This document shows, piece after piece, positions 57,300-64,000 of a stretch of 64,000 nucleotides of DNA (its first letter is position 1; every line of letters starts with the position of its first letter). The translations under genes were made by a program, and so were the position numbers. The notes below the pieces were generated by a model that worked only from the letters and a program-made list of their open reading frames with translations, made no database searches and was not told the origin of the DNA. Source of the DNA: Gemmatimonadota bacterium (GTDB lineage: Bacteria > Gemmatimonadota > Gemmatimonadetes > Palauibacterales > Palauibacteraceae); the NCBI GenBank assembly GCA_965116475.1, contig OZ220691.1, forward strand, positions 288,001-352,000. The letters are read 5' to 3'.

Positions 57300-57683
57300 A
57301 TGGGTAACCGGATTCGAAACCGGGCGGTCGTCCTGGCGACCGCCGCGTTGACGACGGCGGGCGTCTTCGTCTGCGCCCACCTCGCCCTCGAGAAGTCATC
57401 TCCCAAGGGGAATGAGACGGTGGCGATCAGCCCCCCGACGGTCACGTTGTGGTTCACGGAAGCCCCGCAGATGGCCGGGACGTCGGTTCGTCTCCTGCCG
57501 AAGGGGGGCGAACCCCTCGACCTCGAGCCGGCGACCGCCCAGGAGGATGACTCCAGCGTCGTCGTGCTGGACGTGAGCGAGGAGCTTGCCGACGGGGACT
57601 ACGAGGTCATGTGGCGAGCCATGGCGCAGGACGGCCACACGATCCGGGGCGACTTCGGTTTCACAGTGCAAACCGGCCGCTGA
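57300..57683 (+). CDS. copC: CopC-family periplasmic copper-binding protein
   Basis: Signal peptide with mature N-terminal His (A-HLAL..SSP), P..VTLWFTE, Y.V.WR....DGH...G.F.F.V. Confidence 0.9.
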   Translation: MGNRIRNRAVVLATAALTTAGVFVCAHLALEKSSPKGNETVAISPPTVTLWFTEAPQMAGTSVRLLPKGGEPLDLEPATAQEDDSSVVVLDVSEELADGDYEVMWRAMAQDGHTIRGDFGFTVQTGR

Positions 57684-57731
57684 ATCCCGGCCGCCGGGCT
57701 CTCCCGGCCGCAGCGCGAGCGCCGTGGTTTG

Positions 57732-58055
57732 CTAAAGTTCGGCGAGCGCCTCGGCGTTGAAGCCGACCAGCAGCGTGGTCCCCGCCAGCACGATCGGCGC
57801 GCGGTACTTTCCGGTAGGCCCCTTCAGCGCGTGGAGTTCGGTCTCCCCGGGATCCAGGTCGCGCCGGCTCCTCCCCCGGGCGACGATCACCCGCTCGGCG
57901 GTTGCCAGAAGCGCCCGCACATCGTCATCCGTCAGCGGCGCCTTCGTGGCCGAACGTTCCTCCGCGATCTTCGCCCCTGTCTCATCGAACACCGCACGGG
58001 TGCGTTTGCAGCTCGTTCAGCCGGGGCGCTGGTAGAAGAGCGCAATCTCGGTCAT
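57732..58055 (-). CDS. ArsC/Spx-like thioredoxin-fold protein with in-frame TGA (UxxC); probable selenoprotein
   Basis: GGAG RBS then ATG 58055: MTEIALFYQRPG-TGA-TSCKRT..., in frame with ORF 57732..57992, which has GPTG..RAP and LLVGF motifs. Confidence 0.8.
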
Positions 58056-58082
58056 CCTGATCTCCCGGGTTCGCGGTGGGGG

Positions 58083-58610
58083 TCAGCTCGCGGGGGCGGC
58101 CAGGTATCGTTCCCTGAGCATCTCCCGGTGGTGAAGCTCGTGGCCGGCGATGATATGGACGAGCGCCCGCACCGTGCACTCGGCGCCGCTCGCGACGCCC
58201 CGGCGCGAGAGCGCGGTTTCGTCGAGCGAGGCGAAGAAGACCGCGTTCGCGGTGCGCAGCGCCCGGAATTCACGCAGCAGTTCCGCCATGGGGCGATCGG
58301 CCGCGTTGGAGGCCTCAGCCCATTCCTCCTGGTCCATCCCCGGCAGCTCCGCCGAATCCGCGCGGGCGATGTGGAGCACGCGGTATGAGAAGAGCCGCTC
58401 GGCATCGATCACGTGGCCCAGGACTTCGCGGCACGTCCACTTCCCGGGCTCGTACGCGAAGTTCTCGCGCTCGGCCGGGAGATCCCCGAGAAGCGCGTCG
58501 AGCGCGTCGGGTGCTTCGCCGAAGACGTCGAGGAGGGGCCGGTCGTCCGGCACGCGGTCGATGTAGACGGAGTAGTAGTCGCCGTGTTCGTCGGGTCCGG
58601 GTCGTTTCAT
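58083..58610 (-). CDS. DinB/YfiT-family protein
   Basis: YY..YI, Y.PGKWT..EVLGH.ID.ER.F.YR, IAGHELHH metal ligands. Confidence 0.9.
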   Translation of the reverse strand: MKRPGPDEHGDYYSVYIDRVPDDRPLLDVFGEAPDALDALLGDLPAERENFAYEPGKWTCREVLGHVIDAERLFSYRVLHIARADSAELPGMDQEEWAEASNAADRPMAELLREFRALRTANAVFFASLDETALSRRGVASGAECTVRALVHIIAGHELHHREMLRERYLAAPAS

Positions 58611-58656
58611 GGCGGGCAAACTATCGACCTCGCCGTCCCCGCGACATCTTGTCCGC

Positions 58657-59574
58657 ATGATCGACGCACGACGACCACACCGCAGCGTGTCGGGCTCCGC
58701 GTGGCGCGGCCTCGGGGCGAGCGCCTGTGTGCTGGCCGGCACAGCCACGGCGGCGCTAGCGCAGGAGAGGCCGGCGGAATGCGTGGCGCCGGGCTCCTCG
58801 CTGCGCCTCGACCACGTGCCCGTCGCCGTCGGTGACCTCGAGGCCCTGTCGCGGCGGCTCACCGACGAGTTCGGCTTCCATGTCCGGGACACGCGGCGCG
58901 ACGCGAACGGACTGGAGACGGCGGAGATCAGGTTCGGCGACGGGACCCGGCTCGAACTCCGGACCGTGGGCGGCTCGGATGACCCGGACGCCTCCGCCGC
59001 CACCGCAGTGCGGCGCTACGCGGATCTGATCGCCGATGGCGGCGGCGGGGCCTACCTGGCTCTCGCCGGGACCGATGGGGCCGGCCTGGATGAACTCCTC
59101 GCCGTCGCCCGGGACGCCGAACCCGATCTCACAGTGGACGGCTCCGGCGCGGGCCGACAGGCGGCCTTCCCTCCGGACCATCCCCTGCAAGCCGTGTTCT
59201 TCGTCGACTCCGATCCGGGAGCACGAGAGCTGCCGGCCACGTCCGGCGCGCCCGAACACCCGAACGGAGCCCGGGCTCTGCAGGCGGTCTGGATCATGAT
59301 GGAAGACCCGGAGCGTCTCACGCGGTTCCTGCTCGCCTTCGGGGCCCGCGACTGCGGACCGTCCCGCCACCCCGAGCACCTGTACGGCCGCGCCGTCGGC
59401 CTCCGCGGCGGCACCGTGTACGTGGTCGACGCCCGCCTGTGGATGGCCGACCCCGGCTCGGCGCCGGTCGTGTCGCTGACCGTCCGCGGCGGGCCCGAGT
59501 CCGTCTCCGACAACATCGTGCTCGGAAACGCCGGCGGGCTCTGGATCGAACTGCGACCTTCCGGGAGCGAATGA
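58657..59574 (+). CDS. Exported VOC/glyoxalase-like domain protein
   Basis: Signal peptide; LDHV.VAV.DL, F.DGT.LEL, HPNGA motifs. Confidence 0.75.
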   Translation: MIDARRPHRSVSGSAWRGLGASACVLAGTATAALAQERPAECVAPGSSLRLDHVPVAVGDLEALSRRLTDEFGFHVRDTRRDANGLETAEIRFGDGTRLELRTVGGSDDPDASAATAVRRYADLIADGGGGAYLALAGTDGAGLDELLAVARDAEPDLTVDGSGAGRQAAFPPDHPLQAVFFVDSDPGARELPATSGAPEHPNGARALQAVWIMMEDPERLTRFLLAFGARDCGPSRHPEHLYGRAVGLRGGTVYVVDARLWMADPGSAPVVSLTVRGGPESVSDNIVLGNAGGLWIELRPSGSE

Positions 59575-62500
59575 AGGCAGATCGCCTTCGCTTCCCTCCG
59601 GCCGCGCTCGGGTCGCTCGGACTGGCCGCGGCCATGCTGCTGGCCTGCGGCGGGGAGGAAAGCACCGCACCACCCCCTCCCTCTCGCCCGGATCCGCCGC
59701 GAGCCACATCCATCGCGATCACTCCGGCGAGCGTTTCCGTGGCGGCGCTGGGCGACACGGTTCGTCTCACCGCGCAGGTGCGGGACCAGAACGGACGGGC
59801 GCTGGCCGGGGCGCCCGTCGCGTGGGCCAGCGGCGACCCCTCGGTGGCAACAGTGAATGCCTCCGGGTTGGTGACCGCGGAAGGCAACGGAAGCACAGCG
59901 GTCACCGCGACGTCGGGACGGGCCTCCGGCGCGGCGTCGGTCGCCGTGATGCAGCGGACGCACTCGGTCGCGGTCTCACCCGCGACTGGCGCGCTGGCCC
60001 TGGGCGACACGCTGCGGCTCGTGGCGGTCGCGTTCGATTCGAACGATCGCGCGGTGGCCGGAGCCGGGTTCGCGTGGTCGTCCGACCGGCCGGACATCGT
60101 CGGGGTGGATGCGTCGGGACTCGCGCGGGGGATCCGCGACGGCGTGGCCGCGGTCACGGCCACCTCCGGGGACGCGCGGGGAGGCTCGACGCTCACGGTG
60201 GCGAACCCGGATCTCGCTCCCCTCGGAGCCCTCTACGAGACCACGGGCGGGGCGAAATGGGCCAACAACGAGGGCTGGCTCGGCGATGGCGCCGTCGGCG
60301 AATGGTACGGGATCGGAACCGATTCCACGGGGCGGATCGTCGAACTCGACCTGAGCCGTAACGGACTGGAGGGGTACCTCCCCCCGAACCTCGGCGAACT
60401 GACCCGCCTCACCCACGTGCGGGTCGGGAGTAACGCCCTTGACGGCCCCCTGCCACGGTCGCTGACGGGGCTCGATTTGGTGGAGCTACGCTACTCGGAG
60501 ACCGAGCTGTGCACCCCTCCGGAGGAGGCGTTCCAGGTCTGGCTTGGGGCCATCCCTTCGCACCAGGGCACCGGTATCGAATGCGTGCCCTCGACGGACC
60601 GTGACGCACTCGAGGCGTTGTACCGCGCGACCGGCGGACCGGACTGGGCCAGGGGCGACCAGTGGCTCACCGAAGCGCCGCTGGGGGAATGGCACGGCGT
60701 CGAGGTCGACGGGCTGGACCGCGTCGTGGGCCTGCACCTCGGAGACAATGGTCTGTCGGGTCCGATCCCCGTTGAACTGGAGATGCTGGCTCAACTCAGG
60801 AAGCTGTTCCTCCACGACAACGACCTGAGCGGCCGGATCCCGCCGGAGTTCGGGGAAATGGCGAGGTTGCAGGACGTGACCCTATGGAATAACAGGCTCA
60901 CAGGCCGGATCCCGCCCGAACTCGGCAGCCTCGTCCGCCTCGAGAGACTCGCCCTCCTCGGCAATCGGCTGGACGGCCCGATCCCACCCGAACTCGGGAA
61001 CCTCGCCGCCCTCAGGGAGTTGTTCCTCAACAGCAACAACTTGAGCGGCCCGATCCCGCCCGAACTGGCCGGCCTCGCCAGCCTGGAAATCCTGGAATTC
61101 GGACGAAACGAACTGCATGGCCCGATCCCCCCGGCACTCGGGGATCTCCCCCGGCTGCGATGGCTGTATCTCAACCACAACAGCCTGAGCGGACCGATAC
61201 CGCGGGAACTCGGGAATCTCACGAGCCTCGAGAGGCTGCTTCTCGGGAGCAACGACCTTGCGGATCCCATTCCGGCGGCACTCGGGAGCCTCGCCAGCCT
61301 GGAGGTCCTCGATCTGAACCGGAACGGGCTAAGCGGTCCGATACCGGCGGCGCTGGGCAACCTGACGCGCCTGAAGCGGCTGTCGCTCAACATCAACGAA
61401 CTCAGTGGCGCGATCCCGCCCGAACTCGGCAACCTCGTCGATCTGGAGAAGCTGTTGCTCAATCACAACGAGCTGAGTGGCGAGATCCCCGCCGAACTCG
61501 GGCGCCTCACGAATCTGCAGTGGCTGTTTCTGAACGAGAACGAGTTGAGCGGCGAGATACCGCGGGAACTCGGCAACCTCGCCAGCCTGACCGAGCTTCA
61601 CCTTGACGAGAACGCCCTGTCGGGCCCCATCCCGCGGGAACTCGGCGCCCTCGCCAGCGTGGAGTTGCTGGCGTTCAGCGGCAACGAACTCTCCGGTCCC
61701 CTCCCTCCGTCACTGGGCAATGCGGCCGGCCTGGTGCACCTGGAACTCGATCGGAACACGCTCTCGGGCCCGATTCCGCCTGAACTCGGCAGCCTGTCGG
61801 CCCTCGACGAACTGCTTCTCGACAACAACGACCTCGGGGGCGCCGTGCCCCCGGAACTCGGCGCACTCACGGGCCTCGGCGCGCTGACGCTCTCAAATAA
61901 CGAGGCCCTCGACGGTTCGCTTCCCCAAGATCTCACGGCTCTCGGCGAGCTCGACGTGCTACTGGCCGGCGGCACGGGCCTGTGCGCGCCCCCCGACCCG
62001 AGCTTCTTCGCGTGGCTGGACGGCATCCGCAAGCGCCGCCTCGCCACATGCGCGGATGCTCCGGCGGCGTACCTGACCCAGTCAGTGCAATCGCTGGAGT
62101 TCCCGGTACCGCTGGTCGCGGGCGAAGAGGCGCTGCTGCGTGTGTTTCCGACGGCCGCGCGCACGTCCAACGCGGGGATCCCGCCGGTCCGCGCTCGATT
62201 CTACATGGACGACCAGGAGACTCATGTGGCGGACGTCCGCGGGAAGTCCGGATCGATTCCGACGGAGGTCTTCGAAGGAGATCTCTCCAGATCCGCCAAC
62301 GTCGAGATTCCCGGATCGGTGGTGCGGCCGGGCCTCGAGATCGTGATCGAGGTAGACCCGGAGGGCACCCTCGATCCCGGGCTGGGGGTCGCCGGGCGCA
62401 TCCCCGAGACGGGCCGCCTGGCCGTGCCCGTGGAGGCCATGCCCACGCTCGAGCTTACCGTGACCCCGTTCCTGTGGAACACCAAGCCGGACTCGCTGGT

Positions 62501-63557
62501 CATCGACCTCGTCGAGGCGATGGCGGACGACCCGGACCACCACGAGCTACTCGGAATGACGCGGACCCTGCTACCGGTCGGGGAGTTGGCGCTGACGGCA
62601 CACGAACCCGTGATGACCTCCTACAACAACTCCATGGATCTGCTCCGGGAGACCGAAGCGATTCGGGTCCTGGAGGGCAGATCCGGCTACTACCTGGGGA
62701 CGATGACTGGGGAGTACGAAGGCATCGACGGACTGGCCCTGGCGACTCCGTCTCGTACGAGCGTCGGCAAGATCGACAAGGGGGAGCGATCGGAGTTGGT
62801 CATCGTGCACGAACTGGGGCACAACATGAGCCTTCAGCATCCGGAGGGCTGCGAGGCCGGAGAGCCGGACTATTCCTATCCTCACCCGGGCGGACGGACA
62901 GGCGCATGGGGATACGACTTCGAAGCGGAACGCCTGGTTCCGCCCACTGTGGGCGACATAATGTCCTACTGCATCCACGACTGGATCAGTGACTACCACT
63001 TCACCAATGCGCTGCGCCACAGACTCGAGGACGAAGGGGAGAGGGGAGCGATGGCCGCCTCCACGCCGCGGGAATCGCTTGTCCTCTGGGGCGGCGCGAC
63101 CGCCGATGGCGTACCATTCCTGGAACCGGCGTTCGTGATCGACGCGCCGGCGGCGCTGCCGCGAAGCGGCGGAGAATACCGGCTCACCGGACGCGCGGGC
63201 GACGGCAACGAACTGTTCAAGTTGAGCTTCGACATGACTGCGGTGCCCGATGGAGACGGGAGTTCGAGCTTCGCGTTCGTGCTCCCCACCAAACGCGGGT
63301 GGGAGGGCCAACTGGCGAACATCACGCTCACCGGTCCGGGTGGATCGGCCACCCTCGACGGCGAGAGCGATCTTCCGGCGGCCGTCCTTCGCAACCCGCG
63401 AACCGGCCAGATTCGCGGCATCCTGCGGGAGCTGCCGGGGACCGTCGGAACCCTGGCGGAGGCGGTCGCCGCGCTGTCCCCGGAACCCGGCCTCGACGTG
63501 CTGTTCAGCCGCGGGATCCCGGACGCCGAGGCGTGGAATCGGGAGGAGAGGGAATGA
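59571..63557 (+). CDS. Large lipoprotein: two Big_2 domains, two LRR modules and a C-terminal zinc metallopeptidase domain
   Basis: ATGA overlap at start; lipobox LLAC; about 17 consecutive 24-aa LRRs in second module; HELGHNMSLQH and DIMSYC Met-turn. Confidence 0.9.
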   Translation: MKADRLRFPPAALGSLGLAAAMLLACGGEESTAPPPPSRPDPPRATSIAITPASVSVAALGDTVRLTAQVRDQNGRALAGAPVAWASGDPSVATVNASGLVTAEGNGSTAVTATSGRASGAASVAVMQRTHSVAVSPATGALALGDTLRLVAVAFDSNDRAVAGAGFAWSSDRPDIVGVDASGLARGIRDGVAAVTATSGDARGGSTLTVANPDLAPLGALYETTGGAKWANNEGWLGDGAVGEWYGIGTDSTGRIVELDLSRNGLEGYLPPNLGELTRLTHVRVGSNALDGPLPRSLTGLDLVELRYSETELCTPPEEAFQVWLGAIPSHQGTGIECVPSTDRDALEALYRATGGPDWARGDQWLTEAPLGEWHGVEVDGLDRVVGLHLGDNGLSGPIPVELEMLAQLRKLFLHDNDLSGRIPPEFGEMARLQDVTLWNNRLTGRIPPELGSLVRLERLALLGNRLDGPIPPELGNLAALRELFLNSNNLSGPIPPELAGLASLEILEFGRNELHGPIPPALGDLPRLRWLYLNHNSLSGPIPRELGNLTSLERLLLGSNDLADPIPAALGSLASLEVLDLNRNGLSGPIPAALGNLTRLKRLSLNINELSGAIPPELGNLVDLEKLLLNHNELSGEIPAELGRLTNLQWLFLNENELSGEIPRELGNLASLTELHLDENALSGPIPRELGALASVELLAFSGNELSGPLPPSLGNAAGLVHLELDRNTLSGPIPPELGSLSALDELLLDNNDLGGAVPPELGALTGLGALTLSNNEALDGSLPQDLTALGELDVLLAGGTGLCAPPDPSFFAWLDGIRKRRLATCADAPAAYLTQSVQSLEFPVPLVAGEEALLRVFPTAARTSNAGIPPVRARFYMDDQETHVADVRGKSGSIPTEVFEGDLSRSANVEIPGSVVRPGLEIVIEVDPEGTLDPGLGVAGRIPETGRLAVPVEAMPTLELTVTPFLWNTKPDSLVIDLVEAMADDPDHHELLGMTRTLLPVGELALTAHEPVMTSYNNSMDLLRETEAIRVLEGRSGYYLGTMTGEYEGIDGLALATPSRTSVGKIDKGERSELVIVHELGHNMSLQHPEGCEAGEPDYSYPHPGGRTGAWGYDFEAERLVPPTVGDIMSYCIHDWISDYHFTNALRHRLEDEGERGAMAASTPRESLVLWGGATADGVPFLEPAFVIDAPAALPRSGGEYRLTGRAGDGNELFKLSFDMTAVPDGDGSSSFAFVLPTKRGWEGQLANITLTGPGGSATLDGESDLPAAVLRNPRTGQIRGILRELPGTVGTLAEAVAALSPEPGLDVLFSRGIPDAEAWNREERE

Positions 63558-64000
63558 GGATACATACTCTTGGTCGGCGAACTTCCGTCGTCGACCTGAA
63601 GTTTCAGGACTTCGATCTCGCCATCGGGACCGGCGTGCTGGACACCGGGGAGGGCGTCGCGCTCGTCGACCCCGGGCCCACGACCTGCCTGCCGGCGCTG
63701 GAGGCCGGGCTCGCGGAGGCCGGGTTCGGCCTCGCCGACGTGCGCGCCGTCCTGCTCACGCACATCCACCTCGATCACGCCACGGCCGCCGGGACGATCG
63801 TGCGCCGGGTGCCCGAAGCGCGAGTCTACGTGCACCCCGTGGGGGCGATCCACATGATCCGGCCCGAGCGTCTCCTCGCCTCCGCCGGCCGCATCTACGG
63901 CGACCGGATGGAGACGCTGTGGGGGGAGTTCCTGCCGGTGCCCGCGGAGTCCGTGACGGAGGTGGACGAGGGAGACACGGTGCAACTCGGCGGCCGCACG
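63554..64000 (+). CDS. MBL-fold metallo-hydrolase, 3'-truncated by window edge (absent from ORF track)
   Basis: ATG 63554 overlaps upstream stop; translates MRIHTLG...LVDPGP...LLTHIHLDHA (HxHxDH)...VYVHP.G..H. Confidence 0.88.
   Translation, partial: MRIHTLGRRTSVVDLKFQDFDLAIGTGVLDTGEGVALVDPGPTTCLPALEAGLAEAGFGLADVRAVLLTHIHLDHATAAGTIVRRVPEARVYVHPVGAIHMIRPERLLASAGRIYGDRMETLWGEFLPVPAESVTEVDEGDTVQLGGRT

Noticed and set aside
57732-57992. 86-aa ORF as a complete gene
   Set aside because: Lacks the redox motif and a good RBS; better explained as the 3' part of the TGA-containing gene starting at 58055
60700-61960. 72-bp nucleotide periodicity as a DNA repeat element or DGR
   Set aside because: Explained by 24-aa LRR coding repeats; no reverse transcriptase or TR/VR pair seen

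Overview
High-GC, gene-dense bacterial chromosomal window with about 56 CDSs. I saw no rRNA, tRNA, CRISPR array or full-length transposase. The gene mix (SusC/SusD pair, Vps10/BNR protein, carboxypeptidase-regulatory-domain protein, tandem 6-bladed propellers, Ig-like/LRR lipoproteins, many exported peptidases and amidohydrolases) suggests a Gemmatimonadota, possibly a marine-sponge symbiont of the Ca. Palauibacter type. That taxonomy is inference only. Most genes serve peptide, amino-acid and D-amino-acid scavenging. The most notable region is a metal/redox locus at about 53.9-58.6 kb. There, a leader ORF with a hydrophobic segment, a His-rich HSHxxC motif and a C-terminal RAPP ribosome-arrest motif (CruR/CutF/DUF2946-like, but HxxC instead of CxxC) precedes a ZnuD-like TonB-dependent receptor and a His-rich lipoprotein. 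CopC is divergent from it, and an ArsC-like gene with an in-frame TGA in a UxxC motif (probable selenoprotein, truncated in the ORF track) is adjacent. Other items of note: an arsI-sigZ-dadA operon with an ECF-type promoter, a 183-bp MITE, two copies of an 18-bp parS/NBS-like palindrome, a DmdA-like methyltransferase, a split aconitase X, a frameshifted hydrolase gene, and repeated short tandem duplications at gene boundaries. All family calls come from motif recognition by eye; no database searches were run.
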